A DNA stretch of 64,000 bases from Marsupella aquatica (taxonomy: Eukaryota; Plantae; Marchantiophyta): positions 12,154,238-12,218,237 of the forward strand of contig OZ316892.1 of NCBI GenBank assembly GCA_973895155.1. The letters run 5' to 3'. Of the stretch, positions 37,498 through 49,890 are shown one piece after another. The position numbers and the translations under genes were made by a program. The notes beneath the pieces were generated by a model that did no database searches, was not told the DNA's origin, and saw only the letters and a program-made list of their open reading frames with translations. Numbering within the stretch: the stretch's first letter is position 1; the number at the start of each line of letters is the position of its first letter.

Positions 37498-40400
37498 CTA
37501 CAACTGCAAAACCTGCAAAGTAGCACGGTGTCTTGAGAAACTCTCCAAAGGAATCACTTTGGTAAAGGCATCAGCAGGATTGAGCTTTCCATCAATCTTG
37601 ACTAGCTCAAAAGTTTTATCAGACACTGCTTGCCTGATAAAATGGTACCTGATATCAATGTGCTTCACCCTGCTATCCATCACCTGGTTAGCAGCCAAGT
37701 GAAGAGCACTCTGACTATCACAGTTTAGAGTCATTTTTCCATGCTCTAAACCCATCTCCGCGATCAACTTATCCAACCAAATTGCTTCCTTTGTAGCTTC
37801 TGCTGCTGCAACATACTCTGCTTCTGTAGTAGACTGAGATATGCACTTCTGCAAGGTAGATTTCCAACTGATACATCCTCCTCCAAGAGTGTATACAAAC
37901 CCAGTTGTAGATCTCCTTGTATCCAGATAGCTTCCATAGTCAGAATCTACATAGCCAACTAACGTTCTATTTGATCTGTTATTAAATAGTAATCCATAGT
38001 CCTGTGTTCCCTTCACATACCTGAGAATCCATTTCACAGCTTCCCAATGTACCTTCCCTGGATTTGACATGAATCTGCTAACCTTGCCCATCGCTAGGGC
38101 CAAGTCAGGCCTAGTACAAGTCATCAAATACATCAGACTGCCTACTGCCTTCTCATAAGGAATCTTAGCCATTAGACCTTTCTCCACAACATCCGTAGGA
38201 GAGAAAGCCGATGATAACTTGAAATGTGAAGCTAAAGGAATACTCACTGGCTTACAGCTCTCCATGTTGAATCGTGCAAGTACTTTCCTCGCATACTGGC
38301 CTTGACTCAAGCACAACTGTCCAGTCTCAGAGTTCCTAAAAATCTCCATCCCTAAGATCCTCTTGGCCTTACCAAGATCCTTCATCTTGAATTCAACGCT
38401 CAATTTCGCCTTGAGACTGTCAACCTCAGATTGATCTTTAGCCACAATTAGCATGTCATCCACATAGATCACCAGAATGATGAAACCAAATACATCATTC
38501 TTGACTGATTTTGTATACACACAAGGATCATACACCATCCTTGTAAAACCTTGAGCAAGCATGAAATCATCAAACCGCTTGTTCCACTGTCTGGGAGACT
38601 GCTTCAATCCATACAAGGATTTGAGCAATCTGCAAACTAAGTTCTCTTGGCCCTTCTTCATAAAGCCTAGTGGCTGTCTCATGAAGATCATCTCTTCCAA
38701 GTTGCCATAGAGAAAAGCAGTAACAACATCCACCTGATCCATCACCAGATTAAAAAACACAACAAGCTGACACAAGATCCGAATTGTGGAATACTTAGCC
38801 ACCGGTACGTGAAAAGACCTCATTGTAATCCACTCCTTTCTCCTGAGTGAACCCCTTGGCAACAAGCCTTGCCTTGTAGATCTTATCTCCACCCTCTGAA
38901 GGACTGTCCTTCAACTTGTAAATCCACTTGCTGTCCACCACTTGTTGACCTCTTGGAAGCTCCACCAGCTCCCATGTCTTGTTGTCACTCAAAGATTGCA
39001 ATTCCCTCTACATTGCTGCATTCCACTCATGCTTCTGCTCTGAAGCACAAGCCTCACTATACGAAGAAGGCTCTCTTTCTTCCAAGATCAAAGCCATATC
39101 ATCTTCATCAGGTGCAATGTCAATATCATCTAGCTTAGATGAGTCTGCCCATTGACCATACCTGGTAGGAGCTCTAGTAGAACGATTGGAAGTTCTTCTA
39201 GTAGATGACTCTAGCTGATCTGCTGCTGCTGCTGGCTGAATTTGAGGTACCCCAGCAACAATCTGCTCCTCTTGTTCCATCATAGGAACCAGCTCCAAGC
39301 CCGGAGCTTCTCCATCTCTCCTGTCATGAACTGCATCATGACTAATCTCCCCCTCAACCTGGTCCGGGATGGGAGATTTCCCCTTGTCAGTATGGGAGTC
39401 CTGAGAACTCTCCCCCTCCTTTGATGATCTGGATTCATTAAAGGACACATCTCTACTGACAATTAGTTTACAGGTTACTGGATCCCATAACCTATAACCC
39501 TTAACACCTTTCTGATAGCCAAGGAAAATGCACTTCTTGGACTTGGACTCCAGCTTGGATCGAAGTTGGGAAGGTGTAAGCACATAAGCATCACATCCAA
39601 AAATCCTCAGATGTGAGTAATCTGCTGGACGCCCGTACCTCATTTCAAATGGCGTCTTGAATCCAATAGAACTGGATGGAGAAAAATTTACCAAATAAGC
39701 TGCAGTGTTGACAGCTTCAGCCCAAAACTCATGTGGTAAGCATGATTGACTCAACATACTCCTCGAGCGATCCAATAGTGTTCGGTTGAGTCTCTCAGAA
39801 ACACCATTCTGTTGAGGAGTATAGCTTGTTGTGAGATGGCGGGTAATCCCCTGCTCCTTACAATACGTTCCAAATTCACCGGAACTGTATTCACCGCCGT
39901 TATCCAATCGAAGATATCTCACCTTATTACCAGTCTGATTTTCAACTTGGGCTTTCCACTCCTTAAAAGTGGCAAAAACATCAGACTTATTGTGTAGAAA
40001 GTATATCCACACATACCTTGAGTAATTGTCAATGAACGTGACATAGTATAACCGTCCAGAATGTGAGGGAGTAGGGGCGGGACCCCACACATCACTATGT
40101 ACATACTCAAGTACCTCCTTGCTGGTGTGAGTTCCAACTCCGAAGGGTTTCCTGTGCTGCTTCCCTAGCACACAGTGCTCACAAAATTCTAACTTACAAG
40201 ATTGCAAATTAGAAAGTAATCCTTTCTTCTGAAGAATAACCAAACCTTTTTCACTCATGTGGCCCAAACGGAAGTGCCACAGCCGGGCCGTCTCCTCATG
40301 AGATAAGGTTACATTGGCTTCATCATAGACTACACTGCCCTCCATAACGTATAGATTGCAATGTCTCTTTCCCTTCAATACAACTTTAGTACCAGTTGAA

Positions 40401-41773
40401 ACCTGAAGGACACCATTAGCAGAACTCCACTGATGGCCATTTGCCTCTAAAACTCCAAGTGAAATGAGATTTTTCATCATGTTGGGAATATGTCTCACAT
40501 TCCTCAATGTTCTCACAGCACCATCAAACATCTGAAATCTTACAGATCCAAGTCCAACAACTTGACATGGGATTCCATTTCCCATCAACACTGACCCGTT
40601 GGAAACCGTGTAAGAACTGAAATAATCTCTTCTAGAGCAAATGTGAAAAGTACATGCACTATCTAGAATCCAGTCATCACTACCTGGATTTGACACTACG
40701 TTGAGAGCATAACCTTGACATCACAATATGTCATCATCATCGAGTAAATCTACCTCATGCGAGCTCGATGCCGCGTTAGCAGAGGCAGTAGGGACCTTTA
40801 CTCGACAATCCCTTTTCATGTGGCCAGGCTTGCCACAATTCCAACATGCAAAAGGCTTTCTCTCTTGCGATTTCCCTCTGGATTTAGATCTCCCCCGTGA
40901 TGTAGATCTAAACCTATTTTGTCTATTCGTGCGTTGCGCTGCTCTTCCCCATTCACATTGAGCGCAGTGCCAGAAGAAGATGATGTTTGTGATTGACCCA
41001 ACTTCTTCTGAGCATCATCAGACAGTAATGAGCTCACCACCTCATTATACGAAATGGACTTCAGATCTCTGTACAAGAGCACCTATTTCAAGCCCTGATA
41101 AGACGACGGTAAGGAGCTTAGCAGAAGCAAGGCCTTATCCTCATCTTCAACTCCTTTTTCTAAGTTTGACAAATCCACCGCTAGACTGTCAAACTCATCC
41201 AGGTGATCCTGTATCTTGCTCCCTTCCTTGAGCCTGCGGCTCATCAAGAGAGACTTCTTGTACAGCCGGTCTGACGCATCTTCCCGGTAGTATTTCTCTC
41301 TTAGAGCCTTGAACAGTGACGTGCAATTCGCATAATCATCCAATTGCTTGATGATGTGCGGCTTGAGATATAGCATCACTGCATTGACAGCAATCACCTG
41401 CTCCTGTCTCCACTGCTTCTCTGAGATCTCCTCTTCTCCATCATACTGCTCTCGCGTAGAGAGCAGATGAGCTAAGCCCATGGCCCGAAGGACACCCTTC
41501 ACTTGCTTCTCCCACAGCAAGTAATCAGTACGACCATCGTACTTCTCCACCTCAAACTCACTCCTCCAAATCTAGCCATCTCCCTCTTCTTTCCAACTAC
41601 CGACAGCTCTGGTAGTAACACAGCTTCCTCCACTGCACGTCGCACCGGTGATCATATCGGTGTCACTAGTTCCTCCTCAAACGGTAGCAGCTCCTCAGAC
41701 TCTCCGTCTGACCGTCGCGATCCTGAAGCTCCACCGATGCCAATTCTTCCAGTATCCTCCGAGTCACTCATAT
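37498..41773 (-). pseudogene. Copia gag-pol polyprotein with stops and frameshifts
   Basis: gag EKYDGRTDY; PR WILDSACTFH; IN HSDVWGP..YYVTFIDNYSR..QNGVSERLNRT; RT LLKSLYGLKQSPR, YVDDML; RH SQSTTEAEY, KHIDIRYHF. In-frame TAGs at 41083 and 39008; frameshifts near 40950 and 38810. Confidence 0.95.
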
Positions 41774-43439
41774 GAAACAATCACAAAAAAATGTCTTTTT
41801 TCGAAACTTCTCACAAAACTCAAAACTCAACACCGCCGCGTAGCCCACGAAGCTAGGAGTCCAATACTGAAAGCCGAAATCAAAATCAAAATTCGACAGA
41901 AAAGTTATTCAAATTTCGGTCGGGGTGGGTAAAACCTTGGGAAACTCCCCTGTTTTGACCACCTCGGAGAATACCCAGTATAACCCGTCGTTGGAATTGC
42001 GATGTGATCGGTGCGCCGCGATGCTAACTCCAGTGGCAACGTCCTCACCGAAAAAGAACCAAAAAAGTTACCGTTCGGCGGACAGAATCTTTGTCGAACG
42101 GCTGAAAAACAGCTCTTTGTTTTTTGGGAATATTCCCGCACAGTATAGCAGGTCTCACAGGGGGCCGTTCCCCCTGTCGGAGCGGTTAAAACGGAGGGTC
42201 ACAGGGCCCAGGACAGCCAATAGAAGAGTCAGCAAGAAAGACAAAAAATTGGCCTTGAAAAGGGGGTGTAAAGGCCCTTTGGCAAAAATACGCCTTAAAA
42301 GCACGACGCGAGGCGGGCCAGGCAGAGTACAGGGATACGGGTGGGGGTAAACACGGGCGGGAAGGGAGGAACGACGGAGCCGCGTACAGGCGGTAGCCGC
42401 CGTGTATAGGCAGAGCTGGGCTGGGGGTCGCGAGTACGTCGTCGCGAGGCAGCGGCCGGCCGTGAGGGAGTTACAAAGGGCGAGGGCCTGTATACGGGCT
42501 CACTTAGGGCCGAGGGGGGCTAAATGCGGCCAGCAGCAGCTGCAAACGCACCGGTCGGCGCTGCGCTGCGCCGTGTATTCAGGGTGCACCGGGGTTTGCA
42601 AAGGTAGGGGGGCGCGGGCCTAGCAGGGGCGTCCAGCGAGCGGGGAGGGGGGGGAAACAAATACACAGGGGGAGGAGTCGGGGCCCAAGTGTGTGTATAC
42701 ACCTCGTATACACACACAGGGACCAAACCCCCTTTAAACGCCAAAAATGACCCCCCCAAGCAAAAATCAGTCACACACCTTAATTGCCGCTGATTTAAAC
42801 GAGAAAAGTGAATGCCGCCAAAGGGATATGTAGCCGAAGTGCACCGACACAGTCTGCAGCTCCAGCAGAGTAAATTATTTCCGCCGCGTCGCCTTCACTC
42901 CGCGTCAAGTACCAATCCGGGCTCAAAACGACCGCCTCGCCGTGATCAAACCGTAGAGCCGTGGCACTTCGCGTCTCTCCCAACAAGTCGGACGTCACAA
43001 AGGGAAACCCGTTTCAGATGAGAACAAGCTCCATAGCTTGTGAAAAAACCTGAACGTCTCCTTCACTCGTCACGACGCACTCGGTAACAACTCGGCAGCA
43101 ATCCAGCTACCAAAACGACCAGCTCGCTTCAACCTTCAACTTGAGCTATAATGTGTGATCCCTCCCGTACCGCACAGCTCACTCCGTTGAAAAATGCAAA
43201 CTCTGGTCTCTCCCCCGAAAACCCGTCGAACACGAATAAAACCTGAACGACGCAAACTTTGATTCCTCCGCACCACAGATACCGATCAGCGAGTTCTAAC
43301 CACCGTTAGAAAGCCCTCTCACTAACCTATCCGCTCAGCCACACACATTCGAGTTTCATGCGACAAAACTCTGAATGTGTCACCGACAATGAACGCTGGA
43401 AAAACCTGTCACGAAAAAACCTCGTCACCTCCCAGGCAT

Positions 43440-43451
43440 GCTCTGATACCA
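43440..43451 (-). other. Primer binding site (initiator tRNA-Met)
   Basis: TGGTATCAGAGC on the minus strand, 2 nt inside the 5' LTR. Confidence 0.95.
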
Positions 43452-43453
43452 CT

Positions 43454-43797
43454 TGTTGAGCATAGACGACATTCGCAACGGCAAGCCCATGAACCATCCA
43501 ACGCACAATAGTCGACACAGAGAGATACGTGGTTCACCTCCACATGAGGCTACGTCCACGGGAACACACAAGAGCTTTACTGCACTCTAGGCCGACCGGC
43601 CATACCAAGCATCCACAGCACAAGCTCTTCCTATCTCTCAACTAGCTCCGTAACAATGAGCCTAAGTTCCACCAGGGTCTGGCATCAGCCCTGGCTATAT
43701 GCACAACAGCACTACCGCTAACATTAGCTAAGTCCTAACCCGAGTTAGCCTAACTATAGTTAGGTCATGAGTCACAAGACTAGAGCAATATCTAACA
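43454..43797 (-). repeat. 5' LTR
   Basis: Direct repeat of 36947-37290. Confidence 0.97.
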
Positions 43798-44503
43798 TGC
43801 ATGTCGACCTTTGGCTCGTGTCCGTTGTGGCCACAATGATGGTTTGGTGCCGGATCACGAGATTTGGGTAGGATGTGCTCAATTTCCTCCGTTATTGAGG
43901 TTAAATTGACAGGTGCTTTTGTATCATAATTGTGCTACACGAGGCTCGCGTAGGATGTCATAATCAACTTATGACTTGCAAATCCCGGATCTTATCACAG
44001 ACACCCATATCACACGGCATGTACTAATTGTCGGGTTGAGGACTGTGGGAGAACAATAGGCGAGGTTGGAGTTGGTTGGTTCCATTCACTTTCCGCACGA
44101 GGCTCGTGTAGGCCAAACTACTCAGCTCTAGGATCATTATGACCTTGGAAAGTGAAAGGTGTGTACTTGTACTGAATGTCACTTTCACTGCAATGGCGCG
44201 CATGTCAACCTATGGCTCGGGTCCGTTGTGGCCACAATGATGGTGTGGTGCCGGGTCACGGGTTTTAGTATCATAATTGTGCCATACATGGCTCGCGTAG
44301 GATGTCATAATGAACTTATGACTTGCAAATCCTGGATCTCATCACACACACCTTTATTCGAGAGGCTTATTTCTCTCCTTCAAGTTATGCTTTGTGATGA
44401 ACTTCTGGCTCAGTCTCCAACATCTCTCTGATCAAATCTTCCTTTTCCCAATTGAGCGTTTGACAACCATTTTGGATCGTGGTGATTTTCCTTAACTTTC
44501 ATA

Positions 44504-44902
44504 ATGGCACATGGGAGACGATTGAGGAGTTCTTTGGCATTACATACGGAGGAGAGTTCTAGAGCATTACAGGCAGAGAATGCGAATGACGAGCGGTCCA
44601 ACTTCTCTATGTGCTTGGAGCCATCCGATAGTTTTGACTCTGGAGTTGCTGCAAGAACAGAAACCATTCCTCCTCTTGGCAACCAAACTGTGGTTAGTCA
44701 TGACAAGACGAATGACCAGGCACCTGTTGCAGATGAGGTGGAGGAGGAACAAAAAGAGCAAGAGAAGAAGCCGACAAAGGCCGCGGAGGAGGAACAAAAG
44801 AGGATCCGTCGGGAGGAATGTCGAACGATGAGGCGTCGTTGGAAGAGGGAGCATTTGGCCACTAGAAGAAAACGTCCCCTTTTGAGACCCTATGCTTTGT
44901 GA
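44504..44902 (+). CDS. Hypothetical charged low-complexity protein (132 aa)
   Basis: ATG-started ORF with E/K/R-rich C-terminus and basic NLS-like end; no recognised domain. Confidence 0.3.
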   Translation: MAHGRRLRSSLALHTEESSRALQAENANDERSNFSMCLEPSDSFDSGVAARTETIPPLGNQTVVSHDKTNDQAPVADEVEEEQKEQEKKPTKAAEEEQKRIRREECRTMRRRWKREHLATRRKRPLLRPYAL

Positions 44903-46164
44903 CTTTAGGGAGACTTTCAAAAATACATGACTCCAAGTTTAGGGGAGTCATTGTTGTTACATTTTATCAACTGATTTTTGGGGGATATTTGTGAAAGTCA
45001 TTCCTACAACTTCTGATAAAGTAGCAATTGTAACACTAGTAGGGCAGTCATATGTAAGTTGAATAAGCTACTCTCCATTACGGCATTCTGAAATAGAGTG
45101 CAAGAAGGATTACATGCACTCTAGACATCACGGAATGTTCCATTTACAACCCTTGACTTGCAACTTGCGGAGTCGGGAGCACTAGGTGCACATAGAAGGA
45201 ATGGGGGTTTAGGGTTGCAAAACTAGTTAAATGTCTTCATGTCAAGAGCATTGTAGCTAGTTATCCTAGCTAGCCTAATTAAACGTGCATGGGAGTACTT
45301 GCCTCTATAATAGTAAGTCTTATGCTGCTCAATGGATTCCTTAGAGTTCATGGGCAACTTTGACAAGAATATTGGGGTGATATCATTTTCAATTCAGGGC
45401 TAAAGTAGTGTCTGGCCCCCATTCTTTGTCCACCCTCCCTAAGTGGCATGTGTAAGGGTTAATTTACAGTTGCGTTCTAAGAGGTTACAGTTGCGTTCAT
45501 TTAATCTTTGCTCACAAAGTGTCGTGTCCAATTTGCTTTAGGGTACTAACATGTGTATCAACGGCTCATGTCAATGCAAAGTGGTCGAGCTCATTGGGTT
45601 TGGTTCACTAAGTGTCACTAAGTGTTAAGGTATGCTTTGTGCGTGAGTGTGCCTTTGGACACGAGTTTAGGGTGCGCGGGTTTTGTTTAGGGTTTAAACA
45701 CGCCAGCAGAGTGCAAAGTTCAGTTCAATGTGCGTGGGAACTCGGAGGGTTTTGTTTCAGAAAAACTCACTTGTCCATTACGGGGACATTCGTCGTGCCT
45801 GAAGGTCGTCACATTGTGCGCAGTCTCACAAAGTGGGGAGTGTGCTTCGCGATCGGGGCAGTTCCTTCGCGTAGGGGAGTTTTGCGCTTGGAGCTTGAAG
45901 GTTTACCTTCAAAGCTCTAGAGCATTCAAGCTGAGAGGGCGACCGGCTTGCGGAGTGGAGAGGTGAGCTGCAGTGGACGACGAGCTCTAGGACTGGGAGG
46001 AGCTGTGGGCGGGCAGGAGCTGCAATTTGGGAGCTGCTCTGGCCGCCGGTCTGGCCGAGGAGCTACGAGCGGAGAGCAGCTGGAGTGGAGCTCGAGCGGA
46101 GTGGAGCTGGAGTGGAGTGCTTCTGTCACACACTGCTGAGGATTGCTACGTAGCTTCAGTTTGG

Positions 46165-46382
46165 GCGGCGGTGCGAGCAGAGGTGCTGAGAGCGGCTCAG
46201 GTGCCAAAGGAGGTGGTGCGAGCGGAGGTGCGAGCGGAGGTGCTGAGAGCGGCTCAGGTGCCAAAGGAGGTGGTGCAAGCGGAGGTGCGAGCGGAGGTGC
46301 TGAGAGCGGCTCAGGTGCCAAAGGAGGTGCTGAGAGCGGAGGTGCGAGCGGAGGTGCGAGCGGAGGTGCGAGCGGAGGTGCT
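46165..46382. repeat. 60-bp / 12-bp GC-rich tandem repeat
   Basis: GGAGGTGCGAGC and GCTGAGAGCGGCTCAGGTGCCAAA units; open in several frames. Confidence 0.85.
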
Positions 46383-48090
46383 ATTGGATCACTGAGAAGG
46401 CTGCAACCTCTCTATCTTATTCCTACTATTTGGCGGTTGCAGTTGGAAGGAGGGTCGAGTGGCGAACATTTTGTCAGTTGAGGACTCAGCTGCGGGTTTG
46501 TCATTTCCTGGAGCTCAATCGCTTGCTACTAAGACTACTGTTGCTGCAATTGCAAGTTGCTTGATCATGAGCTACCTAGCTCCATTGTGAGTTGCCTCCC
46601 TATTCTCCTTGTTCTCCCTGTCTCCCCCTTGCTTGCAGTTACTATCGCCAGGAAGAATGTGTTTGGCCAAGATGCTAGATTGCGACTTGTCTTCTTGCTT
46701 CTAGCTCGTGTATATGCTGGCATCCGTGGGGGTTCCTCGAGTTTGAGTCTGCAGAGGAAGAGTCTATCATAGTCTAATTAAATGTGGGCCATATTACTCT
46801 GGTCAATGAATGAGTTCCCTGGAAATAGAACCTCTCTGATTATAGAGGTGCGATTTGGTCAGAATTTTTTCCCCTCTCATTGTATCCACTGATGCCAACT
46901 CACTTTCATCACCTCAATTCTGAACAATGAGCGTAGTCTCAGGCTCCATACTGCCTATACTGAATGGTCTAGCTGCGATGTCCACCTCGGCTGAAGTGAG
47001 CTCTGACTTGGAGCCTTAACATTTGTGTTCGATCTGTGGGGCTGTTTAGAGTTGGTTCCGTCCAGAAGCTGCTCTACTGAAGTGATAGAGCTCCGGCTTG
47101 GAGGTGGATCTTCACTTTTTTGTGGGTCTGAGTGACTTCTGTCTAGCTGGGCTTAGCTGAGTCAGTAATACATTCAAAAGAGGTGAGTATCCCTGACCAA
47201 CATTTATTTACTCTTGACCACGCCAAACTAATGGCGCTTCAATTTGAACTTTCTAAGTCTGACTGCTGACTCCGCTCCTTAAAACCTACCTTAATTATAT
47301 TCATGTCTTTCTTTTGTGCATGCGCATAATGTCTTTCATTCAGTTTAACATTAAATGTGAGACAGGGCTGCATCCAGCTCTTCTAGATGACAAGAAGGCA
47401 TTGATCAGTTGCTTTTTTATCTGTCCTCACCAAACAAGAAATCTTTCTTACAAGAAACCTATCTTACAAGAAATCCAGCCTGGCCGAGAAGCTGCAAGTG
47501 GGGAGGATGTCTGTAGAAATTTGTAAGGAGTGGTTTGTCTCACAATGCCATTGTTGATGAAACCTTGCTTCTGCTGATGAAACCTTGCTTCTTCTTAATC
47601 CAATGCTTGCTGCCTTGTTACAACGTTTGTCTAGTTGACCACTTCAGTGCCTATTCTTCATTTCCTGTTGTTCCATTTTTGGAAATTTATGCTTAAGGAA
47701 CCTGCATTTCCTTCCCTGTCCCCATGCTATCTCCACTGCACCTTCCACTGCTAGCTATGTTGATTCCTTCCACTGCTAGCTCTAGACAATGATGCAGTCC
47801 AAATGCTGATCAGTCTCACTGGGGGTGCCGGTGCAGACACAACTCGCACTGTGTGATTGTAGTTTTGCTTTGTCAGGACGAATGTGTTTGGCTAAGATGC
47901 TAGATTGTGGCTTATCTTCTTGCTTCCATCTCGTGTATATTCAATTAGTAGAAGCTGGGAATGAAGTGAAAATTGAATTTCCTTATATTAAGCATCCTGA
48001 CCTAGAAACTCAATACATAAACTCCTGGAGTCCCTCGGGACATAAAATGAGCCAAATTGTTTCAAAATTGGGAACCTGCACCCGCACTAC

Positions 48091-48432
48091 TCAAACAAAT
48101 GTGTTGGGCTTGGTGGCCTTGTAAGTCGTCTTTAGCTTTCGCGATGGAGGTTGAATCTTGCGGTACGTCAAGGGGAACTTGATCTTTGAATCATGGAACT
48201 GCTTGGTACTTTCTCGCTTGCACAGAGAGACAGGAACTGTTGTAGTCTTGATGATCTGGATGCAAGGGAACCAAACTCTATGACAAGAAGCCATCTCATC
48301 ATACATCTGCTCTACAACGATGTTCAATGTGGTATCACGATATTTCTTGTACATGTTGGGATAACCTGTACGACTCTGATACCTCACCCAGATACCGAAG
48401 TTCTTAATTGTGGTGGGCTTCTTTTCGAAGAT
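48091..48432 (-). pseudogene. RPL18A: 60S ribosomal protein L18a (eL20) last-exon fragment
   Basis: CAG|[24 protein letters not shown]...[10 protein letters not shown]...[13 protein letters not shown]; conserved residues altered (GYH>GYP, YKE>YKK, RHRVR>CHRVW); upstream exons not found. Confidence 0.9.
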
Positions 48433-49440
48433 CTGGTAGACACATTATTCAGCATTTGCTAACTTCGAAACTAGAAGGGTAACACATTAAACAACAGAGA
48501 AACTCACAACATCCTCCTTTGGTCCTTCAGAGTCTGTACTTTGATTATGAAGTTTGACTGAGTTTCTGTTTACTGAAAGAATGTGACTGTGTAAGAGTTC
48601 CGTTTGGCAGTGGATTGGTTGAAGCACTTCATGCTAGTGTGTTGTCTACAGCTCTTCAACCAGCTTTCGTCTTCCTTGTCTTTCACCACTTACGATGACA
48701 TCAATTCAGCTAAGACCATAGAAGGTTCCAAAGCATCTAACTTGTAAAATTGCATTCTGTTACATCAAGGACTAAGGTGTTGGGTGCCAAAGGAGACAAC
48801 ACAACAAACACGCTGAAAAGACTTCAGGACTGGGTTCAACAAGGTAGTGAAGGTGCTTAGAGCCTAGTAAGTATGCATTCTGTATCTTTCTCTGTTGATG
48901 TGAGCTTGTGCATAATGGGAGTTGTAGTTGGCAAGAGTTCCAAATATGAATAGATCCAGAAGTATGTGATCATGTACTTGCTCTATAAAGTTCTGAAGAT
49001 ATAAGCATTTTCTGTTAGACCAGGCAACTTGGGAGTTGGTAAGTGTCACCTGCATCTGAGGGGCTACACCGGGGGCATCAGTGGAGGTTCACTTGCACAA
49101 CACGACAACCAGTGAATTTTCTCTCTGCTGCAACCTGCAAGGTGAGACTTTCGGTCTTTCTGGATGAAAAAACAGGATTTTAATATGATTGATATACATG
49201 TCCGTCGAGAATATGGGTTTATCACCAAGCTCTTTGTCTTAGGAAACTCATAAACTCAGAATCAAATATGTACTATGCACGTTTCATGCTATGTGTATAC
49301 TATGACCTGTAGTTGGAACCAAGACAATGAGTGAGAACTGATTAGTTTAGGTGGTTGCTGTTGGCGAGGCAAGTCGACCTCCTGCTCACCTTGCTCATCA
49401 AAGGACGTGAACAGAGGACATCACAACGAAAGCAACACTT

Positions 49441-49890
49441 ATGGTGAGGACCCGCAACGCTGAACATGTGCGACTTGCACGCAAGGCAGAGATGTTGCGC
49501 CTTGAGTATGTCAGACTTGGGATCCTTCCAGCCCAGTCTGCATGGTACTTTGAGTACCCTGTTGTTTCCAGGAACAACTACAGCCGGCCTCTACCTGCTT
49601 CAGTACCCTTCCCGACATCCTTGGTATTTGTGTCTCTTGTACATGACCCGCCACAAATTAGGTGCCAAGGGTGTGTACACAGTTGCCTATATGACTGTCC
49701 TGCCTGTAGGGCTTCTGGCCCAGAATTGGATGACCGTTCTCTTGGATGCCGATTTTTGCACAGAGCACAATGTATCATCTGGAACCACTCACCATCCTGC
49801 AGTGTGCCTGGTGATGTCACTTGTCCTGCCCTCCCAGACCCCACCACCGGTGACTTTGGTGTCTACACATGTTTGGATCACATGCTCTAG
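49441..49890 (+). CDS. Cys/His-rich hypothetical protein, copy 2
   Basis: Near-identical protein to 61576-62025; C..C...C..C and H...C motifs. Confidence 0.65.
   Translation: MVRTRNAEHVRLARKAEMLRLEYVRLGILPAQSAWYFEYPVVSRNNYSRPLPASVPFPTSLVFVSLVHDPPQIRCQGCVHSCLYDCPACRASGPELDDRSLGCRFLHRAQCIIWNHSPSCSVPGDVTCPALPDPTTGDFGVYTCLDHML

Larger units (their letters stand above)
36947..43797 (-). mobile_element. Full-length Ty1/copia LTR retrotransposon (Tork/Tnt1-like)
   Basis: 344-bp LTR pair with TG...CA, TSD TGCAT (36942-36946, 43798-43802), PBS and PPT present, gag-PR-IN-RT-RH order. Confidence 0.97.
14910..44900. mobile_element. Large decayed DNA transposon (DUF7869/Sola-like) with accessory genes, interrupted by two nested insertions; ends not defined
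   Basis: The same 19-bp palindrome, the 168-bp repeat and the ~36760/44015 duplication continue across both insertions; divergent transposase (+) and accessory genes (-). No TIR or TSD identified. Confidence 0.6.

Noticed and set aside
45034-45054. CACTAGTAGGGCAGTC as a CACTA left TIR
   Set aside because: Matches the 51434 TIR for only 9 nt and no dense subterminal repeats follow; cannot be supported, though not excluded.
45926-46481. Gly-rich or Pro-rich structural protein gene
   Set aside because: Open frames arise from a GC-rich 12/60-bp repeat; no supported start or gene model.
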